Origin: Terriglobales bacterium | Lineage (GTDB): Bacteria; Acidobacteriota; Terriglobia; Bryobacterales; Bryobacteraceae | Reading direction: 5' to 3' | Assembly (NCBI GenBank): GCA_963745655.1 | Contig: CAVUYK010000007.1 | Location: 170,985 to 234,984, forward strand | Length of the DNA: 64,000 nt | Shown: piece by piece, positions 9,640 to 18,879 of the stretch | Numbering within the stretch: the first letter of the stretch is position 1 | How the letters are laid out: every line of letters begins with the position of its first letter | The notes under the pieces: model-generated | Database searches by the model: none | What the model was told of the DNA's origin: nothing | Seen by the model: only the letters and a program-made list of their open reading frames with translations | Translations under genes and position numbers: made by a program

Positions 9640-10770
9640 TCACTCGACTTCTCGCGGGGCCGTGTAGCCGCCCTTGGCGATGATGGTGTACTTGATGGGC
9701 TTCTTCTTCTCGTTGATAATGCGCAACGGTTCGTTGGTGGCGGGGTTCACCAGTTCCACCTTGATTTTGCGGAACTTGCCGTCGCGAGCCTGGTTGGTGG
9801 GCTGATAAGCCAGGGAGTACTGATTCCGCAGCGAGTTGGCGATGGCGCGGAATATGCTCGGGAACTCGCCGTAGAAGCGCGGGAAGAACGACATGCCGCC
9901 CGTCTCTCTGGCGAACACGCGCATCTGATTGTCCGCCTGCAGGAAGTCCATGCGCTGGATGGCGCCCATCGCGCCGCGCGCGTCGTAGTAGTCCCGGAGA
10001 GCTTGCATTATGCCAACCGCGTAGATGGGCACCGCGGCCTCCTGCAAAATCTTACGGGTCTTGTCGAAGGTGATCTTGCTGAAGGTGTCCACGCCGGACG
10101 AGATCAGCACGATGGCCTTGCGGCCTTCGATGTCCTTCATGCGATCCGCGGAATCGGTCACCGCGTCATACAGGTTCGATTCCGAATAGGCCGCGAACTG
10201 CAACCGCCGCATGGCCTCATAGGCGGCGCGTTTGTCCGTCGAGAAATCCGACAGGATCTCCGGGCGCAGGTCGTAAGCCACTACGGCCACATAGTCTTCG
10301 GGCCGCAACGATTCCAGGAAGCCGTACGCCGCGGTCAAGGTTTGATACCAGCTCTCGGTCCAGTAGCTCTGGAAGAGGTTGCTGAACTCGATGACCAGGC
10401 AAATGGTCATGGGGGCTTCACCCAAACCGAAGTTGCTGATCTGCTGCGGCACGCCGTCTTCGAGAACGCGAAAATTGCCGCGCGGGATGCCCGGAATGAA
10501 GCGGCCCTGGTTGTCGAGCACGGCCACTTCAACGCTCACCGCGTTGACGTCGCTGCGGAACGTCGGGACGCCATCGGGCAATGCCGGCCGGTCCTTCTTG
10601 GACAGCTTGGAGGGAATCTTGGCCGGTTCGGCATCGGCCTCGCCGGCTTTCTTGCGCGGGCGCGCGACGGTTTCGCTACCCTCCTTGCGCGGTCCTTCCT
10701 GCGCACTTGTTACCGGCGGCCACGCCAGGAGCGCGGCGGCCAGAAGGAGAGCCAAACGTGTCGTGATCAT
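9640..10770 (-). CDS. VWA domain protein of the VWFA-related acidobacterial type (TIGR03436-like), secreted
   Basis: Signal peptide LALLLAAALLAWPPVTSA. N-terminal FRSDVNAVSVEVAVLDNQGRFIPGIPRGNFRVLEDGVPQQI module. VWA core ICLVIEFSN...AIVLISSGVDT. Confidence 0.7.
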   Translation of the reverse strand: MITTRLALLLAAALLAWPPVTSAQEGPRKEGSETVARPRKKAGEADAEPAKIPSKLSKKDRPALPDGVPTFRSDVNAVSVEVAVLDNQGRFIPGIPRGNFRVLEDGVPQQISNFGLGEAPMTICLVIEFSNLFQSYWTESWYQTLTAAYGFLESLRPEDYVAVVAYDLRPEILSDFSTDKRAAYEAMRRLQFAAYSESNLYDAVTDSADRMKDIEGRKAIVLISSGVDTFSKITFDKTRKILQEAAVPIYAVGIMQALRDYYDARGAMGAIQRMDFLQADNQMRVFARETGGMSFFPRFYGEFPSIFRAIANSLRNQYSLAYQPTNQARDGKFRKIKVELVNPATNEPLRIINEKKKPIKYTIIAKGGYTAPREVE

Positions 10771-10843
10771 CGAGAGTCCCTCATGCCCAAATATAACACC
10801 CCCTCTAGACGCACGAGGTGGCCGGCGTGTTACGTGAACGGAC

Positions 10844-11596
10844 TCAGTTCAGGCGGCCGTTGCCGCCGCGGTGCTTGTGCATGTACCGCTGGAAGCGGCT
10901 CTTGGCGCGGCGGAACTTCCACGCTTCGTAAGCGCGGATGAAGCCCGCCACCGGATCCAGCCCGTAGCGGCCGTGTTTGAGGTAGATGTAGCCCACCAGC
11001 AACCCGCCCAGGTGCGCCACGTGGCTGACGCCGCTGTCGCTGGCGCCGATCGAACTGAGAAACTCGATGACGCCCAGGATCATGACGAAATACTTGGCTT
11101 TGATGGGGAACAGAAAGCTGAACAGGACCGTCCGATCCGCATAGAGCATCCCATACGCCAGCAGCAAACCGTAGATGGCGCCGGAACTGCCGATGGTGCG
11201 CGCCCACAGGCTGCCCGCGATCCAGTTGGCCAACACCACGCACACGCCCGCCCCGATGCCGCACAGAAAGTAGTAGCGCAAGAAGCGCCGCGTGCCCCAG
11301 TCACGCTCCAGCTCCGCGCCGAACATCCACAGTGTCAGCATGTTAAACAGAATGTGCGAGAACCCGTAAGGATCGTGCAGGAACATGTAAGTCCCCAGTT
11401 GCCAGAACGCCAGAAAGTGAATCACGGCTCCCGGCACCAGGGCGAAATATTGGAAGACGTCGCCGAAATCGAAGCGGACGGCGATGAAATAGAGGATAAA
11501 CAGAGCTATATTTACGATGAGCAGCCACTTGACGCCCGGTGGAAAATAGCCCGACGAAAAGTAACCCGTGGTTCGATTTCTGGCAGGATAGGGCAT
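10844..11596 (-). CDS. Rhomboid-family intramembrane serine protease
   Basis: Six or more TM segments. Catalytic GSSGAIYGLL and downstream HVAHLGGLLVG motifs. HILFNMLTLWMFG motif. Confidence 0.8.
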   Translation of the reverse strand: MPYPARNRTTGYFSSGYFPPGVKWLLIVNIALFILYFIAVRFDFGDVFQYFALVPGAVIHFLAFWQLGTYMFLHDPYGFSHILFNMLTLWMFGAELERDWGTRRFLRYYFLCGIGAGVCVVLANWIAGSLWARTIGSSGAIYGLLLAYGMLYADRTVLFSFLFPIKAKYFVMILGVIEFLSSIGASDSGVSHVAHLGGLLVGYIYLKHGRYGLDPVAGFIRAYEAWKFRRAKSRFQRYMHKHRGGNGRLN

Positions 11597-11656
11597 TCCA
11601 GAGTGCGCTTCTAGTTCAACATAACATGCGCGCCAAGACGCCGCGCCGTCGCGCTC

Positions 11657-11941
11657 TTATTCCGCGGTCGTACCGCTACGCCCGTAACGGATCAACAGGG
11701 TGGCGCCGGATTGCAGGATCGCGGCCACGGCCACCCAAACCTGCCAGTGCGAGAAAAGTCCATCGACGATGGCGAACTGTCCCATCAAGTTGAGATCCGC
11801 TCCCAGTCTCCAAACCCCCAACCCGGCGGCCATCACGGCCAACGGTGTGAGCAGACTCCCCAAGGCGAGCGCGAGCTGCCGATCCATGCCCCGTTTTCTC
11901 CGGATCGTTGGGCCGCGCCGCAAACGTATCCGAATCAACAT
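11657..11941 (-). CDS. Small membrane protein, unknown function
   Basis: 94-aa ORF with two hydrophobic helices (LALALGSLLTPLAVMAAGLGVW; WQVWVAVAAILQSGATLLI). No homology recognised. Start uncertain. Confidence 0.35.
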   Translation of the reverse strand: MLIRIRLRRGPTIRRKRGMDRQLALALGSLLTPLAVMAAGLGVWRLGADLNLMGQFAIVDGLFSHWQVWVAVAAILQSGATLLIRYGRSGTTAE

Positions 11942-12018
11942 CGCTTCCCACCAACTTTCACTCTACCAGCAATTGCGATACATTGTCTGAAAGCAGCACT
12001 TATTCGAAGGGAGAGACT

Positions 12019-13173
12019 ATGCGAAAGATTCAAACTGCCGTGATCGGCGCTGGATTCATGGGCAAGGTGCACGCCGAAGGCATTCGCCGGCAGCCGAACG
12101 TGGAGATCGCCGCCGTCTGCGGCATCGACGCCAAGGAAGGCGCCGCGTTTGGCGAGGCCGTGGGTGTCGAGCGCACCAGCGGCGACTGGAAAGAGATCGT
12201 GGCCGATCCGCGGATTGAAGCCCTGCACATCTGCACGCCCAACAATCTGCACTACCCGATTGCCAAGGCCGCCATGCTGGCCGGCAAGCACGTGCTCTGC
12301 GAAAAGCCCCTCACCAACACGCTCCAGGAGGCCCAGGAACTCGTCGAGATCGCCAGGAAGCAGAAGGTTGCCAACTGCACCAACCACAACCTGCGCTGCT
12401 ATCCGGCCGTGCAGCAGATGCGCCGCATGGTGGAAGCCGGCGAGTTGGGCGACATCCTGGTCGTGCAAGGCACCTATTCACAGGACTGGCTGCTCTATGA
12501 GACGGACTGGAACTGGCGCATCGTTTCCAAGGAAGGCGGCGCGCTGCGCTGCATGGGCGACATCGGCTCGCACTGGATGGACATGGTCCAGCACATCACT
12601 GGCCAGCGCATCACTTCGCTTTGCGCCGACCTGCAGACGTTCCTGAAGACGCGCAAGAAGCCCAAGACCGGGGCGCTGCAAGCCTTCGAGAGCAAGATGG
12701 CGAAGGTCGACGACCGCGAGGAAGTGGCCATCGATACCGACGATTACGGTGCCGTGCTGCTGCACCTGGGCGAGCGCACCCGCGGCGCGTTCACGGTTAG
12801 CCAGATGTCGGCCGGCTGCAAGAACCGCCTGCAGATGGAAATCTTCGGCACCAAGTGTGGCGTGAGTTGGAACCAGGAATCCCCCGATCAGGTCTGGATC
12901 GGCCACCGCGACAGTCCCAACGGCCTTTTCGTGAAAGACCCGGCGTTGATGCTGCCCGCGGCGCGTACCTACGCCGACCTGCCGGGCGGACACTCGGAAG
13001 GTTACGACGACGCGCACAAGATGATGTATCGCCGCTTCTACCGCACCGTGGCCGACCGCTCCGCCCCGGTCGAGTATCCGACCTTCGCCGACGGCCTGCG
13101 CGGTATGTACCTGCTCGGCAAGGTGCTCGAGAGCGCGCAGAAGAGCGCCTGGGTCTCCACCGAGGAGATCTGA
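12019..13173 (+). CDS. Gfo/Idh/MocA-family NAD(P)-dependent oxidoreductase (cytoplasmic)
   Basis: GGGAGA RBS upstream of ATG-12019. Rossmann N-terminus MRKIQTAVIGAGFMGKVHAEG. EKPL motif (VLCEKPLTN). Confidence 0.8.
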   Translation: MRKIQTAVIGAGFMGKVHAEGIRRQPNVEIAAVCGIDAKEGAAFGEAVGVERTSGDWKEIVADPRIEALHICTPNNLHYPIAKAAMLAGKHVLCEKPLTNTLQEAQELVEIARKQKVANCTNHNLRCYPAVQQMRRMVEAGELGDILVVQGTYSQDWLLYETDWNWRIVSKEGGALRCMGDIGSHWMDMVQHITGQRITSLCADLQTFLKTRKKPKTGALQAFESKMAKVDDREEVAIDTDDYGAVLLHLGERTRGAFTVSQMSAGCKNRLQMEIFGTKCGVSWNQESPDQVWIGHRDSPNGLFVKDPALMLPAARTYADLPGGHSEGYDDAHKMMYRRFYRTVADRSAPVEYPTFADGLRGMYLLGKVLESAQKSAWVSTEEI

Positions 13174-13185
13174 TCGCGGTTCCGC

Positions 13186-13374
13186 CTAGGCGGCGCTGGT
13201 TCCGCTTTCCCCTGGCGGCCGCGGCGGGGCTTCCACCGGATGCCAATTGCCGCGGCCGCACATGTTTTGACAGGACGGAAATTCCTGGCCCTCGGTGAAA
13301 CGGGCCGGCGTTTTGCACACCGTGCACCAATACACGCCGGTCTTCTCGACTTTGGCTCCGGGTTTGTAATTCAT
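13186..13374 (-). CDS. Small zinc-ribbon-like protein (4 Cys)
   Basis: 62 aa: MNYKPGAKVEKTGVYWCTVCKTPARFTEGQEFPSCQNMCGRGNW. Has a CxxC...CxxxC arrangement. Located directly downstream of the HAD phosphatase gene on the same strand. Confidence 0.45.
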   Translation of the reverse strand: MNYKPGAKVEKTGVYWCTVCKTPARFTEGQEFPSCQNMCGRGNWHPVEAPPRPPGESGTSAA

Positions 13375-13395
13375 ACTCTCCTCAGATTCTCCTGA

Positions 13396-14064
13396 TCACC
13401 TTTTGCCCACCAGCATCGCGGCCAACTCCCGCATGTCATCCACGCGGATGTCCGGCGGCGCTTCGTCCAGCGTCTCCGGTTGAAATCCATAGGTGACGCC
13501 GCAGGCGAGGATGCCGGCGTTGCGTGCCGTGCGAATATCCACGTCGCTGTCTCCCACCATCATGGCGCGTTCGGGTGCCGTGGTGAATTCTTCCAGCAGC
13601 TTGCATACGCCCACCGGATCCGGCTTCTTTTGCGCAAAACTATTGCCGCCGTACACGCGCAGGAAGTGGCTGCCCAAGCCCAGGCCTTCCACCAGAAGTT
13701 GGCTGAAACGCACGGGTTTGTTCGTGAGCACGCTCAACTGAACGCCCCCGGCGAGCAACTCGTCCAGCGCTTCGCGCACGCCCGGGTAAAGCGTGGTGTG
13801 ATCCAGCATGTGGTCTTTGTAGTAAGCCAGGAAATAATGGAGCGCCGTCTGCACGTCGGCTTCGGGCGCCTCCGGCCCCATGGCGCGGCGCATCAACACG
13901 GGGGCGCCGTTGCCCACGTAAGAATACACGCGCTCATTCTCGATGGGCGCAAGACCCATGTGGCGCCGCGCGGCGTTGACCGCCTGCGCCAGGTCTTCCT
14001 TGGAATCAATCAGCGTGCCGTCGAGATCGAAAATCAGCAGGTCGATACAGCCGGGTTGAATCAA
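13396..14064 (-). CDS. HAD-superfamily phosphatase (phosphoglycolate-phosphatase-like)
   Basis: Motif I is LLIFDLDGTLIDS. Later motifs are LTNKP and MVGDSDVDI. No in-frame ATG lies upstream of motif I, so I infer a TTG start at 14062-14064, with GGAG ~10 nt upstream. Confidence 0.7.
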   Translation of the reverse strand: MIQPGCIDLLIFDLDGTLIDSKEDLAQAVNAARRHMGLAPIENERVYSYVGNGAPVLMRRAMGPEAPEADVQTALHYFLAYYKDHMLDHTTLYPGVREALDELLAGGVQLSVLTNKPVRFSQLLVEGLGLGSHFLRVYGGNSFAQKKPDPVGVCKLLEEFTTAPERAMMVGDSDVDIRTARNAGILACGVTYGFQPETLDEAPPDIRVDDMRELAAMLVGKR

Positions 14065-14069
14065 AATGC

Positions 14070-14637
14070 CTAGGCTCCCTCGGGGGAAATGCTCTGGGTA
14101 CCCTTCTTCAGTGTATCGGACCAGATCTGCTTCACTTTCTCGTAGCCCTGGCGCACGCCGTCCCGCAACTCGCGCGGCGCGAGCGCCGCCATAACGCGTG
14201 CCGCGTCCATGGCATACGGAGCGATGCGCGAACCCACCACCGAGCGGGGTGGAGGTGCGGGCGCGAAGGCCAGCAACGCCATCACGACCACAGCCGCGAC
14301 CAACGCGCCGCGCACCAGGCCGAACACGCCGCCGAGCAAACGGTCGAGCCACGACAGTCCCACCCACTTGAACAGCATGGCTAGCAAACGGCCCAGCAGA
14401 CCGCCCAGAATCATGGTTCCCGAGGAAAACCAGAAAGAATCCGATGAAGTTGGCGATGCCGCGCGAGCTGACGTAGGGGATCAGAAACGAGCCCGCCGTG
14501 CCGTAGAACCACAATCCTCCCAACAGGCCGAGGAGGCAGGCGGCGAAGCCCACCACGGTGCGCGCGAGTCCTTTCGCGAAACCCACCGCCACGGAGACCG
14601 CCAGGATGATTGCGAAGACGATATCCAGCCAGTTCAC
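14070..14637 (-). CDS. cvpA: CvpA-family membrane protein, interrupted by one apparent frameshift near 14417
   Basis: N-terminus MNWLDIVFAIILAVSVAVGFAKGLARTVVGF...FIGFFLVFLG, with a GTG start overlapping the purC stop (GTGA). It continues in another frame as (T)MILGGLLGRLLAMLFKWVGLSWLDRLLGGVFGLVRG. The junction is at GGGAACC on the coding strand. Confidence 0.7.
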
Positions 14638-15530
14638 AGATCCTTCCCGGTGAGTACCCGGTAGGCCTCCTTGTACTTGTCGCTGGTTCGGGCGGCGACA
14701 TCGTCCGGCAGGGGGGGCGCGGGCGGTTGTTTGTTCCAGCGGATCGATTCGAGGTAATCGCGCACGTACTGCTTGTCGTAGGAGGGTTGCGCGCCGCCGG
14801 GCGCATAGCTCGCCAGCGGCCAGAAACGCGAGGAATCCGGCGTCAGCACCTCGTCGGCCAAGATGAGTTCGCCGTCCACGAAGCCGAATTCAAACTTGGT
14901 GTCGGCGATGATGATGCCGCGCGTCAGGGCGTACTCCGCCGCGCGCGTGTAGATGGCCAGCGTGAGATCGCGCAACTTCGTGGCGGTTTCAACGCCCACC
15001 GTGCCGGCGGCTTGTTCCATCGAAATGTTCTCGTCGTGGCCGGCCTGCGCCTTGGTGGATGGCGTGAAGATGGGCGCGGGCAGCTTGTCGCTTTCCTGGA
15101 GGCCGGCTGGCAGCGCCACGCCGCATACGCTCTGGCTCTTTTGATATTCCTTCCAGCCGGACCCCGACAGATAGCCGCGCGCGACGCACTCGACCTCGAG
15201 CATCCGGGCGCGCTTCACCAGCATCGAACGGCCTTCGAGTTGATCGCGGTAGCGCGGCAGCGGATCGGGATACTCGTCCACGTTGGCCGTCAGGAAATGA
15301 TGGGGTGTCAACTGGCCGAGAAATTCGAACCAGAACACGCTCAGTTGGGTCAGCACGCGGCCCTTGTCGGGGATGCCTGTGGGCAGAATGTAGTCGAACG
15401 CCGAAATGCGATCCGTAGCGACGATCAGAGTCTTGTCGCCGATCTCATACACGTCCCTAACCTTGCCCCGGGCGCGCCGTGTGACACCCGGCAAATCGGT
15501 TTCGAGAATGATCCTGGATGGTTGAGGCAT
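14634..15530 (-). CDS. purC: Phosphoribosylaminoimidazole-succinocarboxamide (SAICAR) synthase
   Basis: 298 aa. RGKVRDVYEIGDKTLIVATDRISAFD and IIADTKFEFG motifs are characteristic of PurC. Confidence 0.9.
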   Translation of the reverse strand: MPQPSRIILETDLPGVTRRARGKVRDVYEIGDKTLIVATDRISAFDYILPTGIPDKGRVLTQLSVFWFEFLGQLTPHHFLTANVDEYPDPLPRYRDQLEGRSMLVKRARMLEVECVARGYLSGSGWKEYQKSQSVCGVALPAGLQESDKLPAPIFTPSTKAQAGHDENISMEQAAGTVGVETATKLRDLTLAIYTRAAEYALTRGIIIADTKFEFGFVDGELILADEVLTPDSSRFWPLASYAPGGAQPSYDKQYVRDYLESIRWNKQPPAPPLPDDVAARTSDKYKEAYRVLTGKDL

Positions 15531-15575
15531 AGTGAAATCCGCGTGCGCGTTATCTGTCTATGTTAGCGCGGCGGC

Positions 15576-15669
15576 GCAAAAAGGGGACAGACGCAATTTT
15601 CGCGCGTGGCGGCGTTGATTCATTACCGCAAGTGCTCGATGGCGGAAAATGCGTCTGTCCCCTTTTTGC
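15576..15669. repeat. Long palindromic intergenic element, copy 1 (arms GCAAAAAGGGGACAGACGCAATTTTCGC / GCGGAAAATGCGTCTGTCCCCTTTTTGC)
   Basis: Arms of ~24-26 bp at 15576-15601 and 15645-15669, with one indel between them. The loop is ~40 nt. The element lies immediately after the MFS stop (15670) and upstream of purC. The arms are nearly identical to those at 19735-19823. Confidence 0.75.
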
Positions 15670-16924
15670 TCACTCTTCGATGGGGCGCATCTCGCCCATC
15701 ATGCGGTACACGAAGAACAACGATATCAGGTGCAGAACGCCCATCAGCAGGAAGACCGGTTTGTAGCCGAAATGCGCGATGACGAAACCTGGCACTAATG
15801 CCGAGATGATCACACCGCCCAGGCCGCCGGCGCAGCCGCCGATGCCGGTGACCGAGGCGACGGCACGCTTGGGGAAGACGTCGGTCGTGGTCGTGTAGAG
15901 ATTCGCGGACCACGCCTGGTGTCCCGCCGTGGCCAAACTGATCAGCAGCACCACCAGCACGGCGTTCGGCACCACCACGGCCGTGGCGGCTATCGGCATC
16001 ACGATCGCGGCGCAAGCCATGCTGACCTTGCGGGCGCGAGCGTGTGTCCAGCCGATGCGGATAAAGTGCCCCGACATCCAGCCGCCCGACCACGCTGCCG
16101 AAATCCGCCATCAGATAGATGACCGGCAAGGCCCAGGCGATCTCCGTCAAGTTGAACTTCCGCACGTCGTAAAGATACGGTGGCAGCCAGAACAGGTAGA
16201 ACCACCACACCGGATCGGTGAGGAACTTGGCCAGCGCGAAGGCGAACGTCTGCTTGTAGCGCAGCACGGCGCTCCAGCTCATAGTGGTCTGGGTCGAGGT
16301 CTCGGGACCGTCGCTGTGAATGTAGTCGAGCTCGGCGCGGTTCACACGCGGATGCATCTCCGGCAAGCGGTAAAGCAGCAGCCACAAGAACAGCCAGAAG
16401 AATCCAAGACCGCCGGTGATGGCGAAGCAGGCGCGCCAGCCATAGTGAGAATTCATCCACACAAAAAGCGCCGGGCCGACCATGGACGCCACGTTGGTCC
16501 CGGCGTTCAACAAACCGATGGCCAGCGCGCGATCCTTCTTGGGGAACCACTCGGTCACGGCCTTGATGGCGGCCGGGAAGTTGCCCGACTCGCCGAGCCC
16601 CAGCATGGCGCGCCAGAATCCCAAAGAGACGGTTGTACGCACCAGCGCGTGCAACATGGCTGCCGCGGACCAGAAGGCGATGGCGACGCCGTAGCCCAAC
16701 CGTGTGCCGTAGCGGTCGATCAACCGCCCCATGAACAGGAACCCAATGGTGTAGGCCAACTGGAAAGCGCCGGTCACGTAGCCGTACTGCTCGGTGGTGA
16801 TGTGCAGATCCTTGCGGATGACGGGGATCAACACGCTGAGTACGATGCGGTCCAAATAGTTGATGGTGGTGATGAAGAACAGGAGCGTCAGAATCCACCA
16901 ACGCGTTCGGGTCATGGCGGGCAT
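15670..16924 (-). CDS. MFS transporter, ACS/hexuronate (ExuT-like) family, interrupted by one apparent frameshift near 16080
   Basis: N-terminus WWILTLLFFITTINYLDRIVLSVLIPVIRKDL runs to ...YLMADFGSVVG. It then continues in the frame of ORF 15670..16077 (GWMSGHFIRIGW...VLHLISLFFVYRMMGE). One extra G in a GGG run explains the shift. Confidence 0.7.
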
Positions 16925-16947
16925 GGATATCCCGCGATTATAGTGGA

Positions 16948-17659
16948 TTGGTGAAGAAAGCCGTCGTACTCGCCGCCGGGCGCGGCACGCGCATGAAGCA
17001 ATTGACCGGCGATCGCCCGAAACCCATGCTCCCGATTGGCGGCAAACCGATCCTCGAACACGTGCTCGACCGGCTGCGCGCGGCCGGCTTCACGGAAGCG
17101 CTCATCGTCACGGGCTACCACGGCGAGATGATCGAGGCGCATTTTCGCGACTACCCGATGCAGCTTGGTCTACCGCGTGCAAGAGACGCTGGACGGCACC
17201 GGCGGCGCGGCTCGACTGGCTCGCGATTTCGCGGGCGGCGACGACTTTCTGCTCACCTTCGGCGACATTCTGGTGAGCGCGGAAGATTACGCTGGCATCG
17301 CCGCGCGCCTGGAATCCGACGCGCAAACCGAAGCCGTGGCGGGTGTGAAATGGGTGGACGATCCGTGGCAAGGCGCGGCCGTTTACGAGCAAGACGGCAT
17401 GATCTCGCGGATGGTGGAAAAGCCGCCGCCAGGAACCTCCACCACGCACTGGAACAGCGCGGGCCTGTATGCCTTCCGCGCCTCCATTTTCGACCAGCTC
17501 GCCTCCATCCCCAAGTCGCCGCGCGGAGAGTATGAGCTGCCCGCGGCCGTCGAGCGGTTGCTGGCCCGCGGCGCGCGCGTGCGCATTCACGCCATCGAAG
17601 GAGCCTGGCGCGACGTCGGCCGTCCCGAGGATCTTCCGGAAGCCGAAAAGCTGCTCTGA
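16948..17659 (+). CDS. Sugar-phosphate nucleotidyltransferase (NTP_transferase family), interrupted by one apparent frameshift near 17167
   Basis: GTG start. VVLAAGRGTRMKQLTGDRPKPMLPIGGKPILEH signature. After ...RDYPMQL the reading continues in the +1 frame as VYRVQETLDGTGGAARLARDF...EGAWRDVGRPEDL. Confidence 0.7.
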
Positions 17660-17679
17660 CGATAAACTAAGAAAACCTC

Positions 17680-17710
17680 TTGACCTGTCTAGAACTGTAG
17701 GGTTGATAGT
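17680..17710 (+). promoter_or_regulatory. Candidate MerR-type promoter: TTGACC, 19-bp spacer, GATAGT
   Basis: TTGACC at 17680-17685, a 19-nt spacer (TGTCTAGAACTGTAGGGTT), and GATAGT at 17705-17710. This sits 13 nt upstream of the MerR-family ATG at 17724. Over-long 19-20-bp spacers are the hallmark of MerR-controlled promoters. Confidence 0.4.
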
Positions 17711-17723
17711 TGGAACTGGCCCC

Positions 17724-18254
17724 ATGTTTACCGTGACCAAACTCGCGCGGCGGTGCTCGCTTAGCCGCGGCACGCTGCTGTATTACGAGTCCATCGGATT
17801 GCTGAAACCTCCTTCGCGCACCGCGGGCAATTACCGCGCTTACGGCGGGAAGGACCTCCAGCGGCTCGAGCGGATCTGCATTTATCGCAAGGCCGGCTTG
17901 AAGCTCGCCGATATTCGCGACCTTCTGGACCGGCCCGGCGGCGGCGCTGTGGAAGTGCTCAAGCGGCGGCTGAAGGAGATCGACGTCGAGGTCGAGCGTC
18001 TGCGGGAACATCAACGGGCGATTTTCAGACTATTGCGGTCGAAGAGACCGTTTGGGAGAAACCACGTGGTCACCAAAGAGAAATGGGTTAGCGTGATGAA
18101 AGCTGCCGGCTTCACCGAGGCCGACATGAAACGATGGCACGCCGAGTTCGAACGCTCGGCTCCGGACGAGCATCAGGAATTCCTTGAATTCCTGCACATC
18201 CCCACCGAAGAAATTCACAAGATCCGCGATTGGAGCAAGCAGAACGCGGGCTAA
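17724..18254 (+). CDS. MerR-family transcriptional regulator
   Basis: MFTVTKLARRCSLSRGTLLYYESIGLLKPPSRTAGNYRAYGGKDLQRLERICIYRKAGLKLADI is a canonical MerR winged-HTH, followed by a coiled-coil. The longer ORF from 17469 overlaps the upstream gene. Confidence 0.8.
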   Translation: MFTVTKLARRCSLSRGTLLYYESIGLLKPPSRTAGNYRAYGGKDLQRLERICIYRKAGLKLADIRDLLDRPGGGAVEVLKRRLKEIDVEVERLREHQRAIFRLLRSKRPFGRNHVVTKEKWVSVMKAAGFTEADMKRWHAEFERSAPDEHQEFLEFLHIPTEEIHKIRDWSKQNAG

Positions 18255-18266
18255 GGACACACTGAG

Positions 18267-18307
18267 CGGCAAGGGAGGCGCCCGCTGCGCCGGCGCCTCC
18301 CTTGCCG
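18267..18307 (+). terminator. Strong GC hairpin downstream of the MerR gene (16-bp stem)
   Basis: CGGCAAGGGAGGCGCC (18267-18282) pairs perfectly with GGCGCCTCCCTTGCCG (18292-18307). The loop is 9 nt. No U-tract follows, so intrinsic-terminator function is not proven. Confidence 0.45.
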
Positions 18308-18334
18308 GGATCCCCGGCGGCGGGTTAGGGTGGT

Positions 18335-18871
18335 ATGGTGGACGAACGTCGCGGGTTGCTGATCGTTTTTACAGGCAACGGCAAGGGCAAGACTTCCGCC
18401 GCCATGGGAACCGCGTTTCGCGCGGTGGGCCAGGGCTTCCGCGTGCTCATGATTCAATTCATCAAGGGAAGCTGGCATTACGGTGAACTGGATGCCGCAA
18501 CAGCGTTCGGCGACGATTTCGAAATCCGCGTGATGGGCCGCGGGTTCGTCAAAGTGGGCACCGAAAAGCCGGACGCCGAAGATGTTCGTTTGGCGGAGGA
18601 AGCCTGGAAAGCCGCCGTCGAGGCCATGCATTCGGGCCGTTACGACATGATAATCTTGGATGAGATCAATTATGCCGTGCATTACGGCATGCTCTCTCTG
18701 GCGCAGGTTCTCGCCGACCTGGCCGGGCGACCCGGGCCGTTGCACGTGATCTGCACGGGGCGCAACGCGAACGACCAACTCATCGAAGCGGCCGACCTGG
18801 TGAGCGAGATCCGGGAGATTAAGCATCCGTTCGAGAAAGGGATCCTCGCGCAGCGAGGCATCGAGTACTGA
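18335..18871 (+). CDS. cobO: Cob(I)yrinic acid a,c-diamide adenosyltransferase
   Basis: 178 aa. GLLIVFTGNGKGKTSAAMG P-loop, IQFIKG, and ILDEINYA motifs typical of CobO/BtuR. Confidence 0.85.
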   Translation: MVDERRGLLIVFTGNGKGKTSAAMGTAFRAVGQGFRVLMIQFIKGSWHYGELDAATAFGDDFEIRVMGRGFVKVGTEKPDAEDVRLAEEAWKAAVEAMHSGRYDMIILDEINYAVHYGMLSLAQVLADLAGRPGPLHVICTGRNANDQLIEAADLVSEIREIKHPFEKGILAQRGIEY

Positions 18872-18879
18872 GAATCATC

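Noticed and set aside
13396-14637. 413-aa ORF that looks like a CvpA-HAD phosphatase fusion protein
   Set aside because: The middle ~110 aa are Arg/Gly-rich nonsense. The genuine CvpA C-terminus is in another frame (14070..14414) and ends at its own TAG. The apparent fusion is read-through created by the frame disruption near 14417.
15560-15766. Small ORFs translating to KKGTDAFSA (also 19454..19795 and 19586..19843)
   Set aside because: They are read across the palindromic repeat arms on both strands. The shared peptide is a by-product of the repeated DNA, not a conserved protein.
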